Positions 1 through 16,395 are shown, numbered from the stretch's first letter. The stretch is 64,000 nucleotides of DNA from the human T2T-CHM13v2.0 reference genome, Homo sapiens (GCF_009914755.1 NC_060946.1), one strand, 5' to 3'. Notes: generated by a model from the letters alone, not told the origin. Program-made: numbers and translations.

Positions 1-14
1 TGCATCCCTCGGAG

Positions 15-63
<49 letters not shown>
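15..63. repeat. (GT)n microsatellite
   Basis: ~24 GT dinucleotides with one GC interruption. Confidence 0.98.
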
Positions 64-64
<1 letters not shown>

Positions 65-118
65 CTCCCAGGCATCTCCCGGCTGCCAGCTCCCACTGCG
101 GAAGAGTGATCCTCCTGA

Positions 119-985
<867 letters not shown>

Positions 986-2769
986 TAGGAAATGTGCTCC
1001 TCCTGGTTAGGAACGGCTCTGGTAGCTCTCCCCCGCCCGGGGCCAGCCACCTCCTGGCTTGGTTACACTCCTGCTTGCTTCTGGTCCCCTCGGAGGGGCA
1101 GGGACCCAGGGTCTCTGGTGCTGTGCTGGCACAGTGACAGCCAGGCACACAGCAGGCACTCACTCTGTGAACAGGTGGTCAGGGGGTCACAGGGACACGC
1201 ACAGCCTGACGTTCTGGGGCAGGGTCTGCGCTCAGCTCCGGAGCTCCTCATCCAAGGAGGGGCAAGGGCAGGCTGGGTGCCTGGGCCCAGGGGCACTTGG
1301 GACCCATCTCAGTGGAGAGGCACTGAGGTTGAGGAGTTTCCTAAGAGAGAACTGGGTTGTGTATTTGTGTGTGTGTCCAGGAGAAAGAGAGAGAGACAGA
1401 GACAGAGAGGGTTCCACTAAAACTCTCTGCTCTGAAGGGCTGCCCTGTGGAAGGAAGAGTGCAGGGGAAGGGGGAGTCCAGAGGAAAACTTGAGAGTGGA
1501 CTTTTCAAGGAAAAAGATGTCCCGGAAAGAAAGACTTTGCTCTCAGCTCTGCCTGCACATACAACAGTTCTCCGGGAGTGGGAAGTGGGGAGGGTCCCTT
1601 CACTGTGGGTAGAAGAGGCAGCAAATCTGAAGCCAGTGCCAGAAGGGGGCATGGGCTGGGGGCCTTCTGAGTACTCCTGGTGGCTACAGTCATGGCGCTG
1701 CAGCTGGCCCAGAGCCCTGGGGTGCACGTGGGTGATGACATGGGGCCGGCAGGAAGGAGACATTTATTGACCCACCTGCTGCTTACTGGACATTAAACAA
1801 GCGGCTGAAATGTGTCTCATCCCAGATTGGCTGGCTTTACGGCCGTTCTGACACAGAGCAGATGGGGGCGTGTAGACGAGGCCTGCCAGATCCTGGAGGG
1901 CTCTGCACTCAGTTTCTTCTCCAAGCCATGCTGCTGGCCGGGGCCTGCTGGTCACCCACCCGTGGGAATGAAGGGGGACCACGGAGCCCCAGCTCGGGAC
2001 AGGTAGGCTCTTCCAGTGGGCCTGCGAGCCCTCCTACAATCAGTGCCAGAACAAATTCAGGATGAGGACCAGTCTCCTGAACGCAGTGTGGAAGCCACCT
2101 CCTATGACTCTCTTTGTGGATTGGCTCGCATTTTATTTTGTAACAAATTCACCATCACTTTGCTCTCCCAAGGTTCTGGGTCACACAGAAATAAAAGAAT
2201 AAAAGCCCATTTAACATTGTTCATAACAGCCTTTGTGATTAGGAAAATGACAGGCATTCATTCCTGCTCAATCCGCAGCTCCTAAGTCAAATTTCACAAA
2301 GGCGTTGTTGATGAATTCTGTGAATGGGGGGCTGGTGTGCCGGCTTTGCTTTCCCCATGATAAATATTCATGTGGAGACCAGAGACAAAGACATTGAGGT
2401 TCAAATCCAGGGCACGCTTGTATGCAGCCCTGAACACGCTGGATTCTGCAGAAATGCCCCGTGTGTCATAAGACATGTGAGAGCCACCGCCTCCCCTGGA
2501 CTCAGTGACGAGGGCTGTGCATCAGGCACCTTGCAGGCAATACTCAGACCTGACTGCCCGCAGCCGTGGGCCTTATTGGAGGCTACAGGTGAGCTTTGAG
2601 AAGCTGGGAGAAGAGAAGACCTCTCGGTTGCTATGTGGCAGTCGCTGGGTTGTGGAGAAGGGACGCTGGTCTACAGGATGCTGGGCTCATTGCAGAAGCC
2701 CCAAACTTGAAGAATGTCAGATGCACCAGAGTCGACTACAGTCCCCTCCTCACGGGAGCCCCGAAGGAG

Positions 2770-4011
<1,242 letters not shown>

Positions 4012-4024
4012 TTAAAAGTACCAG

Positions 4025-4318
4025 TTTTATTAGCTAGGGTTCTCCAGCGGAAACAATTATATATACATATATTCCTTTATCCGCAGAAAGGAGTTGGCTC
4101 ACACAACTCCAAAGCCTGGGAAGTCCTGGCATCGGCCGTCTGAGGCTAGACGCCCAGCAAAGCTGGTGCTGTGGCTCCAAGACCTGGGAACCAGGAGCCC
4201 CAATGTCCAAGGGGAGGAGAAGGTGGACGCCCCGGCTCACACAGGCAGACAGAGCAAACGCAACCTTCCCCCACTGCTGCGTTCTCATCAGGCTGACAGT
4301 GGCTTAGTTGATGCCCAC
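4025..4318 (-). mobile_element. MLT2 (ERVL LTR), partial
   Basis: TATTAGCTAGGGTTCTCCAG...GTTGGCTCACAC...GAACCAGGAGC...GATGCCCAC is the reverse of the MLT2 3' portion. Confidence 0.8.
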
Positions 4319-4784
4319 TGTGATGGTTAATTTTATATCAACTTGACTGGGCTAAGAGATGCCCAGGCAGCTGGTAAAATGTGATTTCTGGGTGTGTCTG
4401 GGACGGTGTTTCTGGAAGACATTGGCACTTGAATCAGTGAACGGAGTCAAGCAGATGGCCTCCCCAGTCTGGTTGGACCTCATCCAATCCATTGAGGGCT
4501 TGAGTAGAATGGAAAGGTGGAGGGAGGGAGTTTGCCCTTTCTCTGCGTAAGCTGGGCCTTTCATCTCCTGCCCTGGGACTTCAGTGTCGCTGGGTCTCAG
4601 GCCTCTGGGCTTGGAGTGAAATGACACCTCCAGTTTTCCTGGGCCTCCAGCTTGCACACAGCAGATTGTGGGATATGTCAGCCCTCATAATGGTGTGAGC
4701 AAATCTCTCATAATAAATCTCTTTCTATGTATCTATAAATAGACCCTGTTTATTCTGTTTCTCTGGAGAAACATAACTAATACG
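4319..4784 (+). mobile_element. complete MLT2 (ERVL) LTR
   Basis: starts TGTGATGGTTAATTTTAT..AACTTGACTGGGC, has AATAAA, ends TCTGTTTCTCTGGAGAA..ACTAATAC. Confidence 0.9.
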
Positions 4785-5330
4785 GATTTGGGTACCAAGA
4801 GTGGTTTTAGAGGGTCAGAACGCTGAGGACGGATTTTCTGATTTGGGCTGGGGTTTCTGGAATGGGCTGTCTAATCTGATCAGATGTCAAGACACCGCTG
4901 ACTCCTGATGCAGTAACAAAGAGAACACTGGCAGAGCGTGGCATGAACAATTTACAGAGACATGCAAAGCATCTGCAGCAGATGCTTACAGAAGTAAGAA
5001 GCCAAGGGACTCTGTGCATGATACTTTCAAACACTTGTGGAAAATTAAGATATATAGTCACACTGGCTGGTAGCCCCTACTATTGCTGGCCAACGTCCCC
5101 GGAGTGTGAAGCTGGGAAGCCCGCTCAGTCCTTGCTCGGTCTGTGTAAGCAACTGGGGGCCGGGCAAAGTGGACTAAAGCCTAACCTCAATTGGGAAACA
5201 GATTCCCAGCTCCTCAGTCACATCTGTCCCAGACTAGAGCCAGTTACAGACCCAGCACTCCTGAAGGAGTGGGAGGCTGGGTCACTGCAAGGAAGGATTC
5301 CAGCACACTCCCAAAAATGTGTATATTTGC
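4785..5330 (+). mobile_element. ERVL internal fragment with tRNA-Leu-type primer binding site
   Basis: GATTTGGGTACCAAGAGTGG immediately 3' of the LTR resembles the ERVL PBS (TGGTACCAGGAGTGG); followed by decayed, internally deleted gag-region-like sequence. Confidence 0.75.
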
Positions 5331-5426
5331 ATTAGAAGTGGTGGACTGAGCGAAGCAGGTGCAGGTGGCCCTCCCCAGGGTGGGTGGGTCTGTTAGTACT
5401 AGTCAGGGTTTTCCAGAGAAAGAGAA

Positions 5427-5805
5427 TGCTATGGTTAGGCTTTGTGTCCCCACCCACACCTCATCTTTAATTGTAATCCCCATAATTCCCTGTGTCAAGG
5501 GAGAGACCAGGTGGAGGTGATTGGATCGTGGGGGCAGTTCCCCCATGCTGTTCTCATGATAATGAGTGAGTTCTCATGAGATCTGATGGTTTTATAAGGG
5601 GCTCTTCCCCCTCTTTGCTTGGAACTTCTCCTTCCTGCTGCCTTGTGAAGAAGGTGCCTTACTTCCCCTTCACCTTCTCACATGGTTGTAAGTTTCCTAA
5701 GGCCTCCTTAGCCATGCTGAACTATGATTCAATTAAATGTATTTTCTTTATAAAGTACCCAGTCTTGGGCCGTTCTTTATAGCAGTATGAAAACGGACTA
5801 ATACA
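5427..5805 (+). mobile_element. THE1/MST MaLR solo LTR
   Basis: TGCTATGGTTAGGCTTTGTGTCCCCACCC...TCTCATGAGATCTGATGGTTTTATAAGGGG...GGACTAATACA. Confidence 0.93.
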
Positions 5806-5820
5806 GAGGGCCAAGGGGAG

Positions 5821-5845
5821 ATATAAATATATATATGTATGTATG

Positions 5846-5884
<39 letters not shown>

Positions 5885-5962
5885 GTATGTATGTATACAC
5901 ACACACATATATATGTATGTATACACACACATATATATGTATGTATGTATACACACACACAC

Positions 5963-6017
<55 letters not shown>

Positions 6018-6032
6018 ATTCACATATATATA
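5821..6032. repeat. compound (CA)n/(TATG)n/(TA)n microsatellite
   Basis: direct inspection. Confidence 0.97.
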
Positions 6033-6082
6033 TGATTGTACTGGAGGTTCAGCCTGCTACCTGGCCACTTTGAACTCCTCAT

Positions 6083-6248
6083 GTGTACCAGTCCATTCTC
6101 ACGCTGCTATAAAGAACTGCTTGAGACTGGGTAAATTATAATGAAAAGAGGTTTAATTGACGCACAGTCCCACAGGGATGGGGAGGCCTCAGGAAACTTA
6201 GAGTCATGGCAGAAGCAGAAGCAAACATGTCCTTCTTCACATGGTGCA

Positions 6249-6297
<49 letters not shown>

Positions 6298-6298
6298 A
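6083..6298 (-). mobile_element. partial THE1/MST LTR ending in a (GA)n expansion
   Basis: AGTCCATTCTCACGCTGCTATAAAGAAC..GAGACTGGGTAA..GGGGAGGCCTCAGGAAACTTA; (GA)n at 6252-6298. Confidence 0.88.
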
Positions 6299-6399
6299 GG
6301 TAGGTGTTGGCTCAATAAATATTGAGGTTGAGAAGTCCCGGGATCTGCTGTCTGCAAGCTGGAGGCCCAGGAGCACTAGTGGTCTAATTCTCATCTTCA

Positions 6400-7340
6400 T
6401 TTCTGTGACTGTCCCCGTGGTTCTCCTGTTGATGGACATAGTCGTGGCCTCCATCACTTGCTGTAACTAGTGATGCTGTGTGATAGTCCTGTGCATGTCA
6501 CCATGAGTGCATAGTGAGCGTTGCCCTGGCATGGGCATTCGGAGGATGAGTGGCCAGGACATGCATCACAGGTGATTCAAACTTTGCTAATTATTGTGCA
6601 GTCTTGGGGAGAAAGGTACAGCTGTGCCAATTTCCCCTCCCATTGGGAATGTGTGGTTTCTTATCTTTTCTTTACTCCTTACTCAGGTTTGGTATTGCCT
6701 TTTCAATTTTTATAAATCTGATTGATGTGTTATAAAAATGTGATAATAAGGTTATCTTATTATTTTAAGTATAAATGAGATTAAATTCTTATGTGTTTTT
6801 GGGCATTTAAGTTTCCAGATTTTTGAATTGCATATTGATATCTCTTATGTAGTGTCTTTTTCCTTTTCTTACTGATTTGCAGAAATTGTATATTCTACAT
6901 GAAAGTCATTATTGGTTTTATCAGATAAAATAGCTTCCACTTTATTATTTATGGTGGCTTTGCTATATAGAATTTTAAATTTTGAGGTAATGAAATATAT
7001 CATTCATTTCCTTTAGGTTTTGTGCTTGAGTGTTTTATTTAAGAAGTGAGAATAAGAATGTCAAAAGACATTTTCCTCTAAGATTTTAAAGTTTGTCTTC
7101 TTAAAGAACATTGAGCTCTTGCTGCCATCTGGAATTCATTTTTGTGTGTGGTTTGTGAAAGGGATAAAGTTTTATCTTCCCATATGGCTATCCAGTTGTC
7201 CCTGCGTCGCTGATGGAATAGCCCACCCTCCTCCACTTGTTGGTAATGACACCTGCATCTGTGCCAAGCCGTGTTTGGAAATGTTCATGGACCCTCTCTC
7301 CTATCCCATGGTGGATTCATTTGCTCCTGCACCAACACCA
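6400..7340 (-). mobile_element. decayed old L1 (L1ME-like) 3' region
   Basis: T-rich sequence with antisense L1 ORF2-end phrases (CCATCTGGAATTCATTTTTGTGTGTGG, CCATATGGCTATCCAGTTGTCC). Confidence 0.6.
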
Positions 7341-7423
7341 TGAAAAGATATATAATACTTCATGCTGTGCCTATATCTTTATGTGGGCAGGTATAAGCTG
7401 GCCACAAGCATGTCTTTGTTTTG

Positions 7424-7540
7424 CCTGCCTGCCTGCCTTCCTCCCTCCCCTCCCCTCCCCTCCCCTCCCCTCCCCTCCCCTCCCCACCTCCCTCCCTCCC
7501 TCCCTCCCTCCCTCCCTTCCTTCCTTCCTTCCTTCCTCCT
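7424..7540. repeat. (CCTG)/(CCCCT)n/(CCCT)n/(CCTT)n polypyrimidine tract
   Basis: direct inspection; the minus strand is a (GGGGA)n G-quadruplex motif. Confidence 0.95.
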
Positions 7541-7899
7541 ATGAACAGAAGACTCTCCTAACTCCCGAGGCTGGGTCACATGCTCCCAGATAGTTCAGCC
7601 ACAGAAGCATTTTCACAGATTCCCTCATCAGTGTCCAGCACTGGGTTCTATATTCTGGACGGGCGGGATCCCTGACTGTCCTGCCTGTCCCTGTCTAGCT
7701 AGGGTGTGGCCGGATGTGCGACGTGTCAGACCCGTGTAACAGTTATTTATCAAATGCGTGTCACCTGGTGGGATGATGAGGCCGTTCCCATCTTCCTACA
7801 GTGTACCAGACACTCTGCTGTGGAGCTGGAATAAGGGGATAGGTGCTTCGTGGAGCTTCCTCTCTAGGGGAAGATCAGACCTGGACCCGGCAAATGTTA

Positions 7900-8135
7900 A
7901 TAACAAGAACAAAAATAATGTGAAAACAGCTGCCCCTGAACTATGACTACAAGCCAGACACTGTCCCGAGCATCTGAAATGTATTAACTTGATCCTTGCA
8001 CAATCTTAGGAGGCCAGGTGCTTTTTAATTTTCTCATTTTCGAGATGAGAACACTCAAGCACAGAGGGATAAGCAACCTACGTCAGAGGGCACAGCTGGG
8101 GTCTGAACCCAGGGGCTGGAGTTGGCACTTCTAAC
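7900..8135 (-). mobile_element. MIR
   Basis: CTCATTTTCGAGATGAGAACACTCAAGCACAGAGGGATAAGCAACCT resembles the MIR core. Confidence 0.75.
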
Positions 8136-8199
8136 CCCCAATCCCCACTCCCAGTAACACCGTCATGTGTATGTGTGTGTCGACGTACATATGTGTGCA

Positions 8200-11150
8200 T
8201 GTATGTGTGTAATATTTCTCTGCGTGTTTCTATATGTAAATTACCCTTTAAAAGGCACTCGCAGTAGCATTATATACACCGTGTTTAGCATTTTGCTTTT
8301 CTCATTTAGCAATATATTTTGGAGATATAATTCTAATCCATTGTTTTTCTTGATAGCTCCATGATGTTCCATAAATTATTTACTCATTCCCATAATGAGA
8401 GATACTTAGATTGGTTCTAGGCACTTGTAATTATAACAAAATGGAAATCTTTATAATACACATTTGCTCTTAGGAGGCATGTATTTGTGCAGAGTCAGAT
8501 TTTACATGTAGAGTGCTGAGACAAACAGTAAGGACATTTTAAAACGTGACAGATGCTCTCAAATCGCACTCCAAAGAGGTTACAGAGAGTCTCACGGTCA
8601 GTAAAGGTGCGTAAGGTGCTCGCTCCTGCTCCTCCTCACCAGCCCAGCGCGCCGTGGGTCGGCCGCACGGAGGCAGAGAGAATCATCGGCCTGGTAACGT
8701 GCATTTATTTAACTTCATGTGGTTTGAACACTTTGTATTCTATTTATTGGGACTTGTGTTTCCTTTGCTGAGAACCACCTTCTTCATTGATTTTTCCACA
8801 AGGGTCAGTTGTTGGTGTTTTGGATATTTTTATACAGTTTTATCAAGAATGTATTTTAAATCATTAAAAATTGCTGTTTTCACACTTACAGGTATAATTT
8901 GTTAATTACATTCCAAATATTGAATCATTTCTGGTTCCTTGAAAGAACCACACTTAGCATAGTGTATTTTTTCATGAACTTTTGAGCCTATTTGTTAATA
9001 TATTCTGTAGAATTTTTGCACCTGTATTCAAAAATGAGATACATTTTTATGTGTGTGTATGTAATATTTTGCTTACACTTGGTGAAAACTTGAAAGAGAA
9101 AAATTTCTGAAAGTTTAAATAACTTCCATATTATTTATTTTTTGAAGCTTTGCTAGAATTCAGTAAAGAATTTGCCATTTGTATGGCAATAGTGACTTAG
9201 AAGTAACCAATGGGCAACTTTCTCAGTTCTGTATATGGCAATTGGTTGACTTAGATTTTCAATCGCATCCAAATAAAATTTGGGTCTCCTTCTGGATCTG
9301 TACATATATGTGTGTAGGCATATATATACACACACACATCTACACATATACGTTTATATTCTTACATAATCAGCTATTTCTTATAGCTTTTCAGAGCATT
9401 TATATAGTGCTGAGAAAAATATATTTAATCTGTCTGTATTTTTTATTTCCTTCTCTTAATTCCTCATTTTGTGTTTGTATATTTCTCCTATGTGTCTGCC
9501 TCGTGTAATTAACTTTGATACTGTATATTTCATAGGATTTTTGTAAAGAAGCATCTCTGGAAATTATTAACTAACATGACTTTTTAATCTTTTACATGTC
9601 ATTAGTTTATACTTTCCCTCCTTCTGCTTTCCACATCTTTATTTTGTTTTCATTTTTCTGCTTTTTAATTTCATAATTAATTTACTTACTGACTATTTTT
9701 GTTGAGAATTTGTGACACTGATGGTGGATAATTTTGCTCTGAGCCTTGTGCTGATAGTATGCTGTGGCTAGAAGAGCGCCACACTTTTGCTTCTGTTCTC
9801 TTTCCTCCGGGACTTCTGCAGTCTCAGGTGACCTCCTGAGAACACCTTGAGCTGTGTTTTGTGTCTAAGCCCATGGTCATTTTCTGTAGGTAATTCACAG
9901 GGTGCGAGAAGAAGCTGTGTTTCTTGTTTTCAGGGTGGAGTTGGGCTATGCAGCTGCACATCCTCCTGAGAACGTGTCACTCTGTCCTCCACAGGCTCAC
10001 ATGCTTCTGCTCACTTGGCCTCCTGGGTGAGAAGAGACAGGGAGATTCCCCTTTAAAGCAGGTGTCTCCGGGTGCCTGCAGCCACACTCCTGCCTCTGCC
10101 CTCCTGCCTGAGGCGTTCTCCAAAACCCTGGCAAGCAGGAGTGGGGAGCAACCCTCCAGCCCTGGAAAATGGGGTTGGACGCCAATGCTGCAGCCTCCCA
10201 CCTCAAAGGCACAACTTCAGTGCTGGAGAGGCTGAGCAGCGATGCCACACAGGTGGCCCACTCAACAGCTCACTGCAGGTGGCCACTTACCCCTCCCGTT
10301 CCCTGCCTCCCAGGCTCTCCTGTCCCACACCTTGCTCCTGGCCCTGCTGCAGGGGAGTCCAGTTTAGACTCAGGTGCATGGGTCTAGTTGCTGCATTATT
10401 TCCTTAGGTTTTGGACATGGGGAAGTCTCCATTTTTGGTGCTTAAGTGGCAGAGCTTTGCCTGGGCTCAGATCCTGTCTCCTCCTTACGTGGCTCCTCGT
10501 CGTCTTCGGGGCTTCTTCGTCTGGGTCACAGCCTCTCCAACACTCACGTTGCCATCCCAGCTCCCTCTTGCTTGCCTTTGTCTGGATGGCTTTGCCACAT
10601 GTTCCTGGATTAGTTGATTATACATTTCCGAATGTCCTGTAAATATCACCTGATCATACATGTGCGCTTTAGTTGTTTTACTCTTACTCTGAGAATCTTG
10701 TTTTAACTGGTGGATGTTTCTTACCTGCACTTGCTGCTGTGATCCACGTCTGACCCTAGTCCCTTGACGTCCTCCTGTGTCATATCACCACTTCCAAACT
10801 CCCATTGCTTTCGGCCTTCTGCTCCTTGGTCTGCTTTTTCTTTGGGAATGGTTTTCCTTTGGGAAATTTGGAAAGTTAATTCTTCTGCTTATTTTTTGTG
10901 GTTGCCATCTTTATAGCTTTTAGTAACATTTTCAGAGTCTATTTCCACATTTATCAACTCTTAACAATTAACCCCTGCTATGTAGAAGGAGAAAATCAAT
11001 TCATTTCAGTGTTTCCCAAATATTGTCACCATTTTCTGATTTTTCAGGTCATTTGTTTGCACAGAACTTATAACGGTTACCTTTATACCTGTGAAAATCT
11101 AAAATGTGGCCTTCTATACTTAAGCACTATTGAAAGTCTCCTAGCTGTAA
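8200..11150 (-). mobile_element. fragmented ancient L1 (L1M/L1ME)
   Basis: T-rich blocks with antisense L1 ORF2 phrases, e.g. GAGAAGAAGCTGTGTTTCTTGTTTTCAGGGTGGAGT; heavily degraded and interspersed with other DNA. Confidence 0.5.
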
Positions 11151-11780
11151 GTTAAATGTGTCAGGGCAGTTACATTTGTTTCTACCTCTTGCCCTCTGTG
11201 ATATGTATATGTATGTAACTTTGTGAAAGTTTTCATATGCGTCGTCTATTATATTCATCAGTATATCTAAATATAACATTGACACTGCTTAGGGCTGGGT
11301 TTGCACTGGCCTGGCCTTAAGTTTCATGTTAGTGGCCTCCTCGCTCACAGCCAGGCCTTCCTCTCTCCCTGTGCTTCCTGGTTCCAAAGCCCTTGGTTCT
11401 GCTGCATCTGCACCAGGGTGTGCCAGCTACCTCGCCAGGGCCTTCTGCCCTAGTCTCCTTTCAAAGCAGCCCCTCCATTAAAAAAAAAAAAATAACTTTA
11501 TTGAGATGTGATTCACGTGCTGTACACTTTACCCTTTTCAGGTATACAATTCGGGGGCTTGTAGTATATTCATGGAGCTTTGCAAAGATCACAACTATCT
11601 AATTTGAGAACATTGTCATCATCTGGAAGGAAATCCCATGTCCATTTGCAGTCACTCCCTGTGGTCCCCTCCCGCTGGAACCCACTGATCTGCATTCGGT
11701 CTCTGAATGTGTCTGCTCTGGGTGTGATGGAGTCATGTGATACAGGTACCTTTGTGACTGGCGGCCCTCACTTAGCATCC

Positions 11781-11798
11781 ATTTTTCTTTCTTTCTTT

Positions 11799-11858
<60 letters not shown>

Positions 11859-12239
11859 TCCTTCCTTCCTTTCTTTCTTTCTTTCTCTTTCTTCTTTCTT
11901 TCTTCCTTTCTTTCTTCCTTTCTCCTTCCTTCCTTCCTTTCTTTTCTTTCTTTTTCTTCTTCTTTTTCTTTTTTTTTTGGACAGAGTCTCTCTCTGTCAC
12001 CCAGGCTGCAGTGCAATGGCACAGTCTCAGCTCACTGGTTCAAGCAATTATCCTGCCTCAGCCTCCTGAGTAGCTGGGATTACAGCTGCGTGCCACCACA
12101 TCCAGCTAATTTTTTTGTATTTTTTAGTAGAGATGGGGTTTCACCATGTTGGCCAGGCTGGTCTCGAACTCCTGAACTCAAGTGATCCACCCACCTTGGC
12201 CTGTGCTGAGATTGCAGGCGTGAGCCACTGCTCCTGGCC
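11781..12239 (-). mobile_element. AluS with internal deletions and a ~200-bp (TTTC)n-expanded tail
   Basis: Alu body 11979-12239; tail 11781-11978; TSD AGCATCCATTTT / AGCATCACATTTT. Confidence 0.93.
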
Positions 12240-12472
12240 AGCATCACATTTTTGAGTTCATCCATAGCAGAGCCTGTCAGTACTTTTGTGAGTCAAGGTT
12301 GTCCAGAGAAGCAGAACAAATAGGAAAAGTGTGTTTGTTTGTTTGTGTGTGACTTATCATGAAGTAGTAACTCATGCAATTGTGAAAGCTGAGAAGTCCC
12401 ACCATCTGCTGCTTCCAAGCTGTAGACCCAGGAGAGCACCACAGGGCCATTTGGAGGTGGCTGGAAAGCTGA

Positions 12473-13025
<553 letters not shown>

Positions 13026-13269
13026 TATCTTTTTAACTTTTAAGTTCAGAAGGACAAGTCTAGGTTTGTTACGTAGGTAAACTTGTGTCATGGGGGTTTG
13101 TTGTACAGATTATTTCATCACTCCAGCACTAAGCCTAGTACCCATTAGTGACTTTTCCTGATCCTCTCCCTCCTCCTACCCTCCCCCCTCCAACAGGCCC
13201 CAATATCTGTTGTTCCCTCTGTGTGTCCATGTGTTCTCATCATTCAGCTCCCACTTGTAAGTGAGAACA
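13026..13269 (-). mobile_element. 5'-truncated L1PA (older primate subfamily) 3' end
   Basis: GGTTTGTTACGTAGGTAAACTTGTGTCATGGGGGTTTGTTGTACAGATTATTTCATCAC...CCCACTTGTAAGTGAGAACA. Confidence 0.9.
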
Positions 13270-14144
13270 GAAACATGGCTTAACCTGACACCTGGGCATC
13301 CCTCGGCCCACTCAGCTTGAAACACAGAATTGGCCACCACCGTACTGTATTCATTTTTTATTGCCGAATACTATTCCATCGTGGGGATAGGCCTCACTAT
13401 TTTCACGTGATGGGTATCCGGGTTGTCTCTGCTTTTTGGCTACTATGAATAAAGCTGCTAGAAACATTCACGAACAAAGGTTTGTGTAGACGTAGGTTTT
13501 CATTTCTCTTGAGCATCTCCCGAGGAGAGGAACCACCAGGCTATGGTAACTCTGTGTTAGAAAACTGCCAAACTGTATTCCAGAAGGTCAGTACCATTTT
13601 ATATTCCAAACAATAACACATTCAAGTTCCAGTTCCTTCATGTTTGTATCAACACTCATTATTGTCTCTGTTTTTATTTTAACCATCCTATCGGGTCTGA
13701 AATAATACCTTATTACGTTTTGACTTGTCGTCCTCTAATTATTAAGATTTTCAGTAGCTTTTCATGTGCTTATTTACCATTTTTATATCTTCTTTGGATA
13801 AATTAATTGAAATCCCTGCTTATTTGTGTTATCTGTCTTATTGTGTTGAGTTATAAGAATTCTTTATTCCGAATGTAAGTCTTTTATCACACATATGAAT
13901 TTCAAATATTTTCTCTGATGCTGTGGATTATCTCCACATTTTTTATACTGTTCTTGGAAGCACAAAAGTTGTTAATTTTAATGATGTCCAATTTATCTAT
14001 TGGTTTTTTTCTCTTTGGAGGCTTGGGTGAGGTTTCTATGAACCAACTGTGCAACCCAAAGTCACAAAGCCTTACTTCTATATTTTCTTCTAAGAGTTCT
14101 ACAATGTAAGTTTTAGTACTTAAGTTTAGGTCTATAATTTATTT

Positions 14145-14455
<311 letters not shown>

Positions 14456-16395
14456 TAGGTCTAGAATTTATTTTGAGTTAATGTTTGTATATGGTGTGTG
14501 AGGTAGGGATTCAGCTTCATTCTTTTGCATGTGGATATCCAGTTGACCCAGAAAAATTTGTTGAAAAGATTAATCATTTCACATTGACTATCCTTGGCAA
14601 CTTTGTTGAAAATCAATTGACCAAAAATGTAAGAATTTATTTTTATACTGTCAAGTTTATTTAATTTATCTACAGACAACGTCCTCATGCCAGCACCTCA
14701 CTGTCTTGATTACTGTAGCTTTATAGTAAGTTTTAAAATTGGAGAAGTTATGCTCTATTCTCAAAAATGTTTTGGCTATCTTGGGTCACACACATGTCAA
14801 TATAAAATTTACAATCAGCTTCTCACATAAAATTCCCTTCAATAATTTCTTCCAATAATGTTTTCTGGTTTTAGTGTTGAAGTCTTATAGTTCTTTTGTA
14901 AGCTTTACTTATTTTTGATGCTTTTATAAATGTAATTGCTTTCTTCACTTTATTTTTGGTTTGTTTATTGCTAATATTTAAACATATAATTGTTTTGTAT
15001 ATTAATCTTATATCCTGCAACTTGCTGAACTCCCTTATAAATTGTAATAGGTGTTTAGTAGATTATTTATAATTTTTACATAAAAAATTACACCATCTTC
15101 AAACAGAGATATGTTTACCTCTCTTTTCAAATTTGGATATCATTTATTTCTTATTCTTGCCTAGTTTCTCTGGATAGATCTTCCAGTACAACACTGAACA
15201 CATGCAAAGAGAGTGGACGTCTTTGTTGTTCTGTTGCTTATCATATAAAGAAAACATCCACTCATTCACCATTAAGTATGATGTTAACTGTGGTTTTCTC
15301 ATAGAAGCCTTTTATCTAAGGTTGAGGGAACTTCCTTCCAGTCCTTGCTTGTGGAGTCTTTATTTCTCCTTCATTTCTGAAGAATAGCTTTGCTCAATAT
15401 AGAATCCTTGATTGACAGTCTTTTTCTTTCAGCCTTATGAATATGTTGTGTCACTGCCTCTGGCCTCCATTGCTTCTGATGAGAAGTCAGCTGTACATCT
15501 TAGACGGCTTCCTCAAACACAATGACTCATTCTTCTCTTGCTGCTTTCAAAGTTCTCTTTTTGTCTCTTTCAACCATTTGACTATGATGTGTCTAGCTGT
15601 GGATTTCTTTGAGTTTATCCTACTTAGAGTTCATTGAGCTTTTGAATGCATAGACAAATCTTTTTCAAATTTGGGGAGTTTTGGCAGCTATTATTTTAAA
15701 CATTTTTCTGTTCTACTCTCTGCTCCTTTGCTACGAAGCTTATCATGCATACACCAGTATGTCTGATGTTGTTGCATAGGTGTCTGAGGCTCTGTTCATT
15801 TTTGTCCACTCCCATTTTTTCCTGTTTCTCAGGTTAAGTAATAAAAACGACCTATCTGTAAGTTCACTTACTCTTTTTTCTGTTAACTCAAACACACAGT
15901 TAAGCCCCTCTAGTAAATGTTTTCTCTGAGTTATTGTACTTTCAATTACAAATTCTTATCTCTCTTTTATAAATTATTTCCCTTTATTGATATTATCTAT
16001 TGAGTGAAACATTGTCCTCATAATTTACTTCTTTAGACACAGTTTTGTTTAGTTCGTCGAAGATATTTGAATTGTCTTAAAGTCATTGCCTAATAAATTC
16101 AACATCTGGATTCCTCAGGGACAGTTTCTAGTTAATGCTTTTATTATTGCAGAGAAGCATCTTTTTCTGTTTCTTTGCATATCTCAAGTTATCGTTGAAA
16201 GATGGGCATTTTAAAAAATATTATTTGGCATGTCTGGAAATCAGATTCCAACTCTTTCCTAGAGTTTGTTATTATTATTTGTTGTTATTTTCAGTGGTGC
16301 TCCTTGTTGAGTAATTTTCTGGACTAATTTTGAAAACTCTGTATTCTCTGTTGTTTGTAGCCACTTAAGTTTCTGTTCAATTCATTTAGAATTCA

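Larger units (their letters stand above)
5393..6390 (-). mobile_element. second reverse MLT2 LTR split by two MaLR LTRs and a microsatellite
   Basis: pieces TAGTCAGGGTTTTCCAGAGAAA (~5400) and GAGGTTGAGAAGTCCC..ATCTGCTGTCTGCAAGCTGGAGGCCCAGG (6324-6371). Confidence 0.65.

Noticed and set aside
11580-12185. Phe/Leu/Ser-rich and Lys/Glu/Arg-rich ORFs
   Set aside because: Translation of the (TTTC)n Alu tail and Alu body.
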